From an uncultured Chloroflexia bacterium (GTDB lineage Bacteria > Chloroflexota > Dehalococcoidia > GIF9 > UBA5629): DNA of 64,000 nucleotides. Numbering within the stretch: the stretch's first letter is position 1; each line of letters begins with the position of its first letter. Below the pieces are notes generated by a model that did not search any database, had not been told where the DNA came from, and saw only the letters and a program-made list of their open reading frames with translations. The stretch is from the NCBI GenBank assembly GCA_963752975.1, contig CAVWAG010000005.1:11572-75571 (forward strand), given 5' to 3'. The position numbers and the translations under genes are program-made. Below, piece after piece: positions 48,255 to 58,690 of the stretch.

Positions 48255-49734
48255 GTCGCTATTACCCTGCCTTGAGCAGTCTGCCTTTCCCAATTATTGT
48301 GTACCGGTACATATTTGAAATAGTTTTGACCGCCGCACTGAGTGAAGAAAAGACAGGAAATCCTTCGGACTCGCAGCGCTGTCTTGAAATCGATGCTGAG
48401 CTTCCTCTCCAGTTCGTTTTCCGTGTAGGGATCAAGGAACATGCTTATCAACACCAGCTTGCCTTTTTCATCGCGGGCATAAAGGCAGCCTTCCAGTACC
48501 CTGTCGGCAATAATTTTTAAACGCTCTTCGACTTTATCGCCCCACATGCCTATCATAAACCTGATCACATCGAATTGCAGTATTATCGAATGAATATCTT
48601 TTTCCGCGGCGACTATCCGGAAAACATCCTTCAAGCGACTTTTCGTTATCTCCATATTTATAAAAAAGCTGCCATGCATCGAGCGGGTTGCCGATCATCG
48701 TGCCTGACGCGGGTACAAATTCGCGCAATTCCTTAACCGCCGCTGGCGACAATTGCGGCACTTCCAGTCCGGCCTTGATGCACATGTCGCTTTGCACCAC
48801 GCTGAAACCTCCCGAGTATGTAACGATGGATACCCCATTACCCCCGGGCAGTGGGGAATCGTTCAGGGCGATGACCGTGTTGACCAGGTCCTCAAAATCA
48901 TCAACCTGCACCACACCGGTCTGCCTGAAGAGGGTAGCCCAGGTTTCCCCTGAACCTGCCAATGCGCCGGTATGTGACGAGGCCACCCTGCCGCCCTGTT
49001 TCGTCATGCCGCCCTTCAGCACGATAACCGGCTTCCTGGACGCTGCATATTCCAGTGCCGCCCTGACAGGACCGCCTTCCTTAACACCCTCCACATATAA
49101 CGCGATAACACGCGTATCAGGGTCATCGGCCATATAGGTCAGGAATTCAGGGCAATCCAGGTCGATGGCGTTGCCGTAGCTGACCATCTTGCTGATATTC
49201 ACGTTCCGCGACCTGCCTGCGTGTATAAAGCCCTGGGCAAAGGTGCCGCTCTGGGAGATCACCCCGATATGGCCTTCGATAAGCTTGGAACCGGGATTGA
49301 AAGACAGCCCGGACCTGGGGCAATAAATTCCCATGCAGTTGGGGCCGATCATCCTCACTTTGCCCTTAATCAACGCTGCGAGTTCCCTTTCCCTCTCAAT
49401 GCCCTCCGCCAGGCCCGTTTCGCTGAAGCCTGAGGTGAAAGAATGTATGCATTTGACACCTTTCCGGATGCACTCACCTGACGGTTTTCAATACGTATCT
49501 GGCGGGTAACGCCAGGATTACATAGTCAACCGGGTCCCTCGACATCAAGGATGACTGGCGTAAGCATTTAACGCCGTGCACTTCCTTGTAGTTGGGGTTG
49601 ACCGGGTAGAAGTGTTCACGCAATTTCCCCATCAGCAGGGATAGTGTATAGAATCCACCGGCGAAGCGCCCACAACCGCAACACTGCGCGGCAGGAATAT
49701 CTCATCAAGGTTGGTAGTTACCTTCAGTATTCAT
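48251..49734 (-). pseudogene. CoA-binding / ADP-forming acyl-CoA synthetase alpha-like protein, at least 6 frame interruptions
   Basis: Conserved pieces lie in alternating frames: MNTEGNYQ / LDEIFLPRSVAVVGASP / HFYPVNPNYKEVHGVKC / VDYVILALPARYVLKTV / CIRKGVKCIHSFTSGFSETG...RMIGPNCMG...SHTGALAGS. Most shifts fall in 49480..49710, one near 48675. Confidence 0.65.
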
Positions 49735-49837
49735 ATCAGGTCCTTTCAAGGCAAAATATCCTGAAAACAAGGATATAAGGATACTGCTATACGGGGTTAA
49801 CTTCAACTTTTCTCCGGTAAATTCAGATACAAAATCA

Positions 49838-49860
49838 GCCCGCCGGGTGGGTCGGCGGGC
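49838..49860 (-). terminator. rho-independent terminator candidate for the small minus-strand ORF
   Basis: 8-bp GC stem GCCCGCCG / CGGCGGGC with a 7-nt loop, followed on the minus strand by TGATTTTGT. Confidence 0.6.
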
Positions 49861-49884
49861 TTATTACGCAAGTAAATTTACTGT

Positions 49885-50040
49885 TTAAATTTCTTTGGAG
49901 AGAATCTTCTCTTTCAGTATCTCGAACTCGTCGCGGGTCAGGACGCAGGTATTGGCATCTTCGCCGATCTCGACTTTGTCCTCAAAAACGGTGACTGCCG
50001 GGCAGCATGAGCCTTCACGGCACAGTTTTACAATTTTCAA
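49885..50040 (-). CDS. small Cys-containing protein (51 aa), not in the ORF track
   Basis: GGAGGTACAAA precedes TTG 50040. Translation: MKIVKLCREGSCCPAVTVFEDKVEIGEDANTCVLTRDEFEILKEKILSKEI. A terminator hairpin follows. Confidence 0.55.
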   Translation of the reverse strand: MKIVKLCREGSCCPAVTVFEDKVEIGEDANTCVLTRDEFEILKEKILSKEI

Positions 50041-50241
50041 TTTGTACCTCCATGAATTCGGTTAATTATTTAACGGTTTCCCCACCATCCATTTTTCTTT
50101 TGATGAATATCTGGAACCGTTAGTTTAAATATGATAATACCTGCAGATACGGCATGCAAATGACTAAAATCACACTTTATACGGAAAGCATTTGCCACAG
50201 GTTGCAGCCATGCTCTATTATACAGTTGAAACGGTGAGCGC

Positions 50242-52414
50242 ATGGATCCGACCCCGCTATTTAGTAAGGCCAGAGAGTACCTGCCTCCCGATAAACTGGC
50301 AATCGTGGAGGCTGCCTATGCTTTTGCCCTCAAGTCCCACGACGGCCAGAAACGTAAATCCGGCGCGCCTTTTCTCGAGCATCCCCTCCAGACGGCCATA
50401 GCCCTGGCCGACCTGCAACTTGACGCTGCCACCCTCGCCGCCGCGCTTTTACATGACGTGCCGGAGGATTGCAATATCCCCATCTCCGAGTTGGAAAAGC
50501 GCTTCGGTCCTGATGTCAGCAAGCTGGTGGACGGTGTAACCAAGCTGAGTAAGCTGGCATGGAAACGCGATATATCTGTCAGCAGCCGGGAAACCCAGGC
50601 TGAGAACCTGCGCAAGATGCTCATAGCCATGGCCGAGGACCTGCGTGTGGTATTTATCAAGCTGGCCGACCGTCTGCATAATATGAATACCCTGCAGGCA
50701 CTTGCCCCCGAGAGGCAGCTTGCCATAGCCCAGGAGACACTGGAGATATATGCCCCGCTGGCGCACCGTCTGGGTATGTGGGAGATTAAGTGGCAGCTTG
50801 AAGACCTGTCCTTCCGCTATCTCCAGCCGGAGCAATACCATGATATCGCACGCATGGTAGCCGTCAGGCGCTCACTGCGGGAGGGGTTCATCGATGACGC
50901 CGCCCGCGTCCTGCGTGACGAGATGGTCATAGCCGGCATACAGGGTGAGGTCTATGGCCGGCCCAAACATATCTACAGTATCTATAACAAGATACAGAAG
51001 TACGCCGCTACCGGCAAGAGCTTCGGAGACATACACGACCTGTTTGCCCTGCGCGTGCTGGTGAATACGGTGCCCGACTGTTATAAAGTCCTGGGCATCA
51101 TCCATAACACCTGGCATCCCATAACCGACGAATTCAACGACTATATAGCCAATCCCAAAGACAACGGCTACCAGTCGCTTCACACCACGGTTCTGACGGG
51201 CGATGGGGGCAGCACGCCTCTTGAGATACAGATCCGTACCTATGAAATGCACAGCATGTCGGAATACGGCGTGGCCGCGCACTGGCGCTACAAGGAAGGA
51301 GCCAAACCCGACCTGCATTTTGAAAAGAAGATATCCTGGCTGCACCAGCTTATCGACTGGCAGAGCGCCCTGGATAGCGAGCAATTCCTCACCTCCCTGA
51401 AAGAGGATTTTTTCGCCGACCAGGTCTTTGTCTATACTCCCCTCGGGGAGATAAGGCCTTTCCCCAAAGGGGCCACGCCCCTGGATTTCGCCTACCGCAT
51501 CCACACTGACCTCGGCCACCGCTGTATTGGCGCTAAGGTCAACCGAAAGCTTGTCCCGCTTAACTACGAGCTTAAAAACGGTGATATTGTGGAGATATTG
51601 GCCAGCAAGACCGAGAAGGCGCCCAGCCTGGATTGGATCAATGCCGACCTCGGCTTCGTCAAGACCGCCCATGCCAGGGAGAAGATACGCGCCTGGTACA
51701 AACGGCAGGAGCGCACGCAGAATATCGAGCGCGGCCGGGCAATTCTGGAAAGAGAACTCAAGCGGCTGGGTATCGGTGTAACCAACTATGAAGACCTCGC
51801 CAGGGAGTCTTGATTTCGACAATGCCGATGACTTCATGGCAGCGGTGGGCTATGGCGGCATCACGCCTCACCAGATAGCCTCCAGGCTGGCCGGTGAAAC
51901 CGAGGCAGCCGAAGAAGAGGAAGCCAAACCGACGGCCGCAGCAGCCAAACACAAAGGTTCCGGCATACAGGTGCTCGGAGTGGGCGACCTGCTCACCAAC
52001 CTGGCACAATGTTGCCATCCGGTGCCCGGTGATGATATCATCGGATATATTACGCGCAGCCATGGCATCACGGTGCACCGCAGAAACTGCATCAATGTGA
52101 TAAACGAGGAGGAGCAGGAGCGGCTGATAAATGTGAGCTGGGGCCAGGTGGAGGACGTGTACCCGGTGAGTATCCAGGTAGAAGCCTTCGACCGCGTTGG
52201 GCTGCTCAGGGATATCACCACAGCCGTTGCTGAGGAAAAAATAAATATAACCAGCGTGAATACGCAGTACAATGATGACGTATTCACAATGTTTGCGACG
52301 ATTGAAATTAAGAATATGGCGCAACTGAATCATATCTTGAACAGGCTGATGTGCCTGCGTGGCGTAATAAACGCCACTAAAACGCAACAGGCAGGGATAA
52401 ACGTCAGGCCCTGA
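50242..52414 (+). pseudogene. relA: bifunctional (p)ppGpp synthetase/hydrolase RelA/SpoT, one frameshift
   Basis: HD hydrolase domain (HPLQTA...LHDVPED), synthetase motifs (YIANPKDNGYQSLHT, EIQIRT), TGS and C-terminal ACT-like region. ORFs 50242..51813 and 51788..52414 join near 51805. Confidence 0.9.
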
Positions 52415-52435
52415 TATCAAAGGAGGTAGTCACAA

Positions 52436-52706
52436 TTGCCCAAGACTAAAACAGCAGAAAAATCAGCCAGGTCATCCGCCAGAAAAGCTCAGCGCAATAA
52501 GGCCGTTAAAAGCGGTGTAAAGAGCAAAGTAACCCGGGCAGAAAAATTAGTAGCTGCCAAGAAAGGTGAGGAGGCCAACTGCTGCCGTGACCGAGGCCAT
52601 CAGCTCACTGGATAAGGCGGCCAAGCGCAAGGTCATCCATGCCAATACCGCGGCCCGTAAGAAATCCCGCCTGATGAAGAAGCTAAACACGTCAAATAAG
52701 GAATAA
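52436..52706 (+). pseudogene. rpsT: 30S ribosomal protein S20, one frameshift
   Basis: AAGGAGG then TTG 52436. PKTKTAEKSARSSARKAQRNKAVKSGVKS..., and after a shift near 52575, AVTEAISSLDKAAKRKVIHANTAARKKSRLMKKLN. The 271-nt length is not a multiple of 3. Confidence 0.8.
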
Positions 52707-52709
52707 CCC

Positions 52710-52795
52710 GTCAGTGCTAAGAGCGCAGCGACGAAGCAAACTCATGGCGTTATTTTGTTGTCTTACGGATTGCTTCGCTAACGCTCACTAATGAC
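52710..52795. repeat. inverted pair of the same palindromic repeat family (one copy degenerate)
   Basis: GTCAGTGCTAAGAGCGCAGCGACGAAGCAAACTC (52710..52743), and the reverse complement of GTCATTAGTGAGCGTTAGCGAAGCAATC (52768..52795). Confidence 0.65.
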
Positions 52796-52833
52796 AGATT
52801 GATCACCGTTATTTAAGCTGAGGAGGCTGAAAA

Positions 52834-53407
52834 GTGACGATTGAACTGTTACCCCGGTTCCAGGCGGTGGGCTCTGACCTTTACAGCCGCGGCATGGTTT
52901 CCATGCATGGCGGCAACCTCAGCGTGAGGCAGGGGGAAAAGGTCATCATCACACGCAGCGGCAGCAAACTCGGGTACTTGACAGATACAGACCTTATTGA
53001 GACTGGCGTTAGCCAGGATGATGACAATACCAGGTTAGCTTCATCAGAACTTGCAGTGCACCGCGCCATTTATAAACAGGCGCTCTTCCAGGCCATCGTA
53101 CATTGTCATCCCATACACGCGGTCGCCCTCTCCTTTATCAGACGCATCGTTCACCCCGAGGACGAAGCCGGAAAAATATTTATCCCCGAAGTGCCGGTTA
53201 TAGGTTTCGGCAAGGAACCCGCGCCAGGCGGCTTCGCGGATGAGATCGCCGAGGCACTTAAAACTCATGCTGTAGTTATCGTGCACCGCCACGGCAGCTT
53301 CGCAAGGGGCATGACACTGGAAGAAGCTTACGTAATATACCGAACTGCTGGAGATAAGCAGCCGCGTCCTTTGCGTTGTCAAGAACTTGAAAACCGGTGC
53401 GATCTAA
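52834..53407 (+). pseudogene. class II aldolase/adducin family protein, C-terminal frameshift
   Basis: MHGGNLSVR...ITRSGS...SSELAVHRAIY...IVHCHP. A shift near 53340 gives ...ELLEISSRVLCVVKNLKTGAI-stop at 53407, removing the overlap with the convergent crotonase gene. Confidence 0.7.
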
Positions 53408-53468
53408 GCGCAGCGGATACGCCGGCCACAAATCAGGCTGGCGGAGTCGGCGGTTGCGGTCTGTCGCC

Positions 53469-54209
53469 TTAGATAAATCGCTCCAGCCCTTCCTGCATTT
53501 CCCCGTCCTTTAAATCCGCCTTGTGCAAATCCTGCTCCCGCCTGATACCTTCAGCCAATCCCAGCGCAAGTCCTTCATAAGCGGCCCGGCGGTCATTTAC
53601 CAGGCTGGCCCACGGATAATCAGCCATTACCGCGGCAAGTTCGAGGGCCCGTTCCAGTGCCTGCCCATCGGCCACTACTTCCTGTACCAGACCCATCCGC
53701 AGGGCCTTCCCTGCATCTATCATCGCGCCGGTCTCTATCAGGTAGAGCGCATTGCCCAAGCCGACTATGCGAGGCAACCTTTGCGTACCTCCATCGATGA
53801 GGGGCACACCCCAGCGGCGGTTCACCACACCGAACTTTGCGCTCCTGGCTGATATGCGGAAATCACACCAGCAGGCCAGTTCCAGCCCTCCGGCAAGGCA
53901 GTAACCGTTGACCGCGGCTATTGTCGGTTTTTGAACGTCCGTAACCCTGCTGAAACCCATCGGGCCGGACTCATCAGAACCCTTCCTGAGAGCCAGTCCC
54001 CTGGCGGATTTCAGGTCAGCTCCCGCGCAGAAAGCGATGTTACCCGCACCGGTAAGCACCATGACGCGCAGCCCATTATCCCGTTTAAATACGGTTACGG
54101 CCTCATCCAGCAAGCCGGCCGTTTCGGCGTCAACGGCGTTACGCGCTTCCGGCCTGTTGATGCGGATCACATAAATACGGTCCCTGCGCTCGGTCTCTAC
54201 TTTAATCAT
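53469..54209 (-). CDS. enoyl-CoA hydratase/isomerase family protein
   Basis: RPEARNA, AFCAGADLK and GYCLAGGLELA crotonase motifs. Confidence 0.85.
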   Translation of the reverse strand: MIKVETERRDRIYVIRINRPEARNAVDAETAGLLDEAVTVFKRDNGLRVMVLTGAGNIAFCAGADLKSARGLALRKGSDESGPMGFSRVTDVQKPTIAAVNGYCLAGGLELACWCDFRISARSAKFGVVNRRWGVPLIDGGTQRLPRIVGLGNALYLIETGAMIDAGKALRMGLVQEVVADGQALERALELAAVMADYPWASLVNDRRAAYEGLALGLAEGIRREQDLHKADLKDGEMQEGLERFI

Positions 54210-54220
54210 GGCATCTCCTC

Positions 54221-55456
54221 CTACTGGTATCGCAGTGATTCCACCGGGTCCATACCAGCTGCGTGATATGCCGGGTACAGCCCGGAGGCAATCCCGACGA
54301 AAGTGGCCACACCGAGGGCGAGCAGCACAATATCAGCGGTAAAAGGAGCCTGCACCGTGTAGCCTCCCACGTTGACGCCTGTCACCATCAGCACGAAGAG
54401 TAAGGCGACAAATATGCCGACAATCCCTCCAGCCAAGCTCAGGATAGCCGATTCTACAAGAAATTGTTTCATAATATCGATCTTTTTAGCGCCCACGGCC
54501 TTCCTGATGCCTATCTCACGCGTTCGTTCAGTTACTGATACCAGCATGATATTCATGATGCCGACGCCCCCGATGACCAGGGATATCGCGCCCACGCTGG
54601 CCAGGAAAAGCTGGAAAACCTCCAGTGCCTGCTTCATCTTATCCAGGATTTCGCGCATATCCATGACATAGAAATCGTTGGATTCCTCCTCGCGTATGTG
54701 GTGCCTCTGTCTCAAGACAGATACCACTTCATCCTTGGCGCTGCCCACAAGGTCGGAGGAAATCGCCTTCACGGCGATGGTCTGCACCGGGCGTCCTTCC
54801 GTGGTTGTTTCTCCCATGAGCTTGGCCTGCATAGCTGTTATCGGTATCATGACAAAATCATCGGCGCCCGGCAGGAACCCTCCCTTGGCCTCAAGCAGGC
54901 CCACTACCTCAAAGACGCGGCCGTCAATCCTGACGTTTTTCCCCAGCGCATCCTCATCCTTGAAGAGGTTAGTGCGGGCCGTTGCCCCCAGCACAGCCAC
55001 GCTGGCCGCCGACATCACGTCGGCATCTGAGATATAGACCCCGCGTTCTATCGGGTAGTCTATTATTGAGCGTATGGAGGGCACCATGCCCATGATATCT
55101 GTGCTGACCTTCTGGTTAGCATACGTGACAGTGGCCATTTTCTCCGTGAACGGTGAAACGAGCGCTACCGACGGCAGCCTGCTGGAGTTGGCCAGCGCCT
55201 CAGCATCGTCCATGGTCAGCTTGCGTGTTATGCCCGATATCTGATCCGTCATCTGGGAAGCGCTGGTCACATAGATGACATCGGCGCCCATGCTTTTGAA
55301 TATGGCCATCAGGTTGGCCTCGTGTCCGCGCCCGAAGGAGATCATGAAAACCACGGAACTGACGCCGATAACAATGCCCAGCATGGTAAGCCCCGAGCGC
55401 AGCTTGTTGGCGCGCAGCACCTGCAAGGATGTGGCCAGGCAATCTTTTATGCTCAT
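54221..55456 (-). CDS. ABC transporter permease (MacB/FtsX type)
   Basis: N-terminal LRANKLRSGLTMLGIVIGV, a large periplasmic domain and a C-terminal FtsX 3-TM bundle. No ATPase partner gene is adjacent. Confidence 0.85.
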   Translation of the reverse strand: MSIKDCLATSLQVLRANKLRSGLTMLGIVIGVSSVVFMISFGRGHEANLMAIFKSMGADVIYVTSASQMTDQISGITRKLTMDDAEALANSSRLPSVALVSPFTEKMATVTYANQKVSTDIMGMVPSIRSIIDYPIERGVYISDADVMSAASVAVLGATARTNLFKDEDALGKNVRIDGRVFEVVGLLEAKGGFLPGADDFVMIPITAMQAKLMGETTTEGRPVQTIAVKAISSDLVGSAKDEVVSVLRQRHHIREEESNDFYVMDMREILDKMKQALEVFQLFLASVGAISLVIGGVGIMNIMLVSVTERTREIGIRKAVGAKKIDIMKQFLVESAILSLAGGIVGIFVALLFVLMVTGVNVGGYTVQAPFTADIVLLALGVATFVGIASGLYPAYHAAGMDPVESLRYQ

Positions 55457-55591
55457 GGTTCCTCTATCTATTATATTTCAAATTCGATACAGGTATCTGT
55501 GAGAAATCTTCAAAACCCGCGAGCTGACTCAGATTTTTCCTGCTATAATATTTAGCAGAGATATGGTGAACGATGGATAAGTGAGGTAGCC

Positions 55592-55750
55592 ATGAATATT
55601 TTATTAATCATCGGCATAATACTCTTGGTACTGTGGCTGTTAGGTTTCTTTATTCTTCCTACCCTTGGGTGGCTGATCCACATAGCCCTGGTAATTGCGG
55701 TTATCTTTATCATAATCTGGCTGCTTAAAAAAGTATTTAAACTTTTTTAA
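55592..55750 (+). CDS. lmo0937-family small membrane protein (52 aa), not in the ORF track
   Basis: MNILLIIGIILLVLWLLGFFILPTLGWLIHIALVIAVIFIIIWLLKKVFKLF has the LWLLGF...GGLIH-type pattern of this family, from memory. Confidence 0.55.
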   Translation: MNILLIIGIILLVLWLLGFFILPTLGWLIHIALVIAVIFIIIWLLKKVFKLF

Positions 55751-56481
55751 GCGCGCGCTGCCGCAGCGCTTCGTACATTACCACTGCCGCCGCCACCGAC
55801 GCATTCAATGAGGATATCTTTCCTTTCATTGGGATTGATGCTATCGAGTCGCACCTCTTTCTGGCTAATTCCGACAGGCCTTTCCCCTCGCCGCCGATGA
55901 CGATGGCCGTAGGAGGATTGAAATCCATCCGGCTGTAATTCTGTCCGCCCGCCATATCTATCCCTGATGACCCAGACATTATTTTTCTTCAGCGTAAGTA
56001 TGGCCTGGGAGATATTGGTCACCATAGCCACCGGCACGTATTCCACCGCTCCCGCAGAGGCCTTGACCACAGCCGGGGTGAGTCCCACCGCCCTTCTCTC
56101 ACGTATCACCACACCGTGCACGCCCGTGGCCTCAGCAGTCCTTAATATCGCTCCCAGGTTGTGCGGGTCTTCTATACCATCCAGCACCAGGTAAAACGCG
56201 GCTTCCCGCCTTTCGCGCGATATACTGAACAGGTCATCCAGGTCCACGTAATCTTTAGCTGCAGCAAACGCTATGACCCCCTGGCTGGCGCCGGTCTGGC
56301 TCTGACTGTCAATGTCCTGCTTATCCACCAGTTCAACCACCACTCCCCTGCTTTTGGCCGACTGAAGGATTTGAGCCACCGCTCCGTGCAACTGTGCATT
56401 CCTGTCAATCAGGATCCTGCTTATAGGACGGCCCGCCCTGAGCGCTTCGATTACCGGGTTGCGGCCTTCAATGATCTGCAT
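55737..56481 (-). pseudogene. rlmB: 23S rRNA 2-prime-O-methyltransferase RlmB (SpoU/TrmH family), one frameshift
   Basis: IEGRNPVIEAL, LDGIEDPHNLGAILRTA, and after a shift near 55970, IVIGGEGKGLS...IPM.GKISSLNASVAAAVVMYE. Confidence 0.85.
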
Positions 56482-56633
56482 TTTTGTCAGCTTTCTGTGG
56501 GTATTATAGGTTAAGGTTATGGGTCTTTCAATGACAAATCGAAGAAGGGTACTTGCGTTTAATCAAGATTACTTTATTCATTGCTTGCTATTTGATTTAT
56601 TATTTATAATAACTGTGAAAGCTGCTTGAAGTA

Positions 56634-57847
56634 TTATCTGTCCCTCGTCTTACCCTCGTATTTCTGCTTCAAATCAAGCGTGTAGCCTGTCTGGATGGCG
56701 TCGAAGCCGTATTTATCACGCACCTGGTCGATGGCCCTGTCCAATTGTTCAAGGCGCTTAGCTTCCGCATCGAAAAAAGATAGCTGCGTTTCCCCGCCGG
56801 TGAAGTGGGAGACCTCCAACCCGATGAGCCTCACCGGCTTGAACCGGTTCCCTAAAGTTTTATCCAGCAACCGGACCGCCGCACTGGAAAATGGAGTCAT
56901 CAAGGTTGGTACCCTCCCGCGCCGAACTGCTGCGGTTCACGGTTTCGAAATCGCTGTACCTGAGCTTCAGCGTCACTGTCCGGGCATTTTTACCTTCTTC
57001 CCTTAATTCGGCGCCCAATTTCTCGGCGAAATAGCGTAATGTGGCCCTGAGGAAGGAGATATCCATGGTATCCTTCTCGAAGGTTGTTTCCCGGCTGATG
57101 GACTTGGCTTCGCCGTACTCTTCCACCGGGCTGTCATCTATCCCCCGCGCATGCTGTTGCAGCCATATCATTCCTTCGCCGAAGCGGCTGCGGAACAGGC
57201 TATCCGGCATATCCGCCAGCTGGCCGATAGTCTCAATGCCCATGGTTTTCAGCACTTTGCCTGTCTTTTCCCCAACGCCGGGCATTTTCCGCACCGGCAG
57301 TGTGGCGAGGAAGGCCCTCTCTTCTCCGGGTAATACCTCAATCAGTCCGTCCGGCTTGCCCAGGTCAGAGGCCACCTTGGCCACCACCCTGCAGGGGGCA
57401 ATTCCAATGGAGGCAACCAGGCCTGTTTCCTTCGTGATACGCTGCTTCATTTTCAGGGCCAGGCCGTGCCACGAGCCGTAATTCTCACATCCCGTTACAT
57501 CCAGGTAGGCCTCGTCCAGCCCACCCGGCTGGAGAGACGGGGTATAGTCGCCGAGCATAGCCATGAATTTGTGCGAAAATTCAACATATTTGCGGTAATT
57601 GCCGGTAAGAAAAACAGCCTGAGGACAGAGCCGTTTGGCCCTGGCGAGGGGCATAGCCGAATGCACCCCGTATTTACGCGCCTCGTAGGAGGCCGCTGCC
57701 ACAACACCCCGGCCTTCCGGCCTGCCACCCACTATAACCGCCTTGCCGCGCAGCGCGGGGTTCAGTACCTGCTCAACCGTGACAAAAAAAGCGTCCAGGT
57801 CGATATGAAAAATAGTGCGTATGGAAGAGCCTGATTATTTCAGCCAT
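56634..57847 (-). pseudogene. dinB: DNA polymerase IV DinB, about 2 frame interruptions
   Basis: The conserved IFHIDLDAFFVTVEQ lies upstream of any in-frame start. ATG 57847 is in another frame, implying a shift near 57835. SYEARKYGV and LDEAYLDVT are present. A C-terminal shift near 56890 joins ORF 56634..56903. Confidence 0.85.
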
Positions 57848-57867
57848 CAACTGCTCCGCGTCGACCG

Positions 57868-58665
57868 CTAAATGCCGCGGTACCGGTTGATAGCGTCCCG
57901 CAGTTCGACAGCAGCCTGGCGGGCGGCCCGGGCATAGTCCGCACCTTTGGAAGCGTAAAGCACCTGGCGGGCGGCCACGATGACAGCATTCTCTTTATGG
58001 GCATCGACGCCATACCTTACCGACTGCTCCAGGTCACCGCCCTGCGCCCCGATGCCGGGTATCAGCAGTGGCATCTCCGGGCAGAGCTTCCTTATCTCCC
58101 TGAGTTCCTCCGGGCAGGTAGCTCCAACCACCAGCCCGACATTCCCCGCGGTATTCCAATCCCCGGCACGCAGAGCCACGGACTGGTAAAATTTCATGCC
58201 GAAATTATCCTCCAGGTCCTGGAAATCGGAGGCGCTGCTGTTGGAGGTGCGGCAGAGCACAAAAACACCCTTACCCTTATAATCAAGGAAGGGCTCGACC
58301 GAGTCGTATCCAAGATAGGGATTGAGCGTAACTGCATCGAACTTGTAATAACCAAAGAGTGCCCGGGCGTAGGCTATTGCCGTATTGCCGATGTCCCCGC
58401 GCTTGGCATCGCCGATAACGGGTATATCTCCGGGAATATATTCTACCGTCTTCTTCAAAGCCTGCAGACCGCGGATGCCCAATGCCTCATAGAAAGCCAG
58501 GTTGGGCTTGTAAGCGCATACCAGGTCGGCGGTAGCGTCGATGATGGCCCGGTTGAACTCAAAAACATCCTTGACCGGCAATTTGGCGGGGTCGGGGTCA
58601 AGGCCTACGCAGAGCAGGCTGCGGTTCCGGCGGGCGGCATTCAATAGGCGGCTGACAAACATCAC
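57868..58665 (-). CDS. pyrF: orotidine 5-prime-phosphate decarboxylase (type 2)
   Basis: LCVGLDPD, KPNLAFYE, DAKRGDIGNT and PGIGAQGG. Confidence 0.9.
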   Translation of the reverse strand: MMFVSRLLNAARRNRSLLCVGLDPDPAKLPVKDVFEFNRAIIDATADLVCAYKPNLAFYEALGIRGLQALKKTVEYIPGDIPVIGDAKRGDIGNTAIAYARALFGYYKFDAVTLNPYLGYDSVEPFLDYKGKGVFVLCRTSNSSASDFQDLEDNFGMKFYQSVALRAGDWNTAGNVGLVVGATCPEELREIRKLCPEMPLLIPGIGAQGGDLEQSVRYGVDAHKENAVIVAARQVLYASKGADYARAARQAAVELRDAINRYRGI

Positions 58666-58690
58666 GGCATCATTATATAATAATTAACCG

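Noticed and set aside
50872-51837. 321-aa minus-strand ORF inside relA/spoT (and a 220-aa one at 51758..52420)
   Set aside because: It is antisense to highly conserved RelA/SpoT motifs, so it is a shadow ORF.
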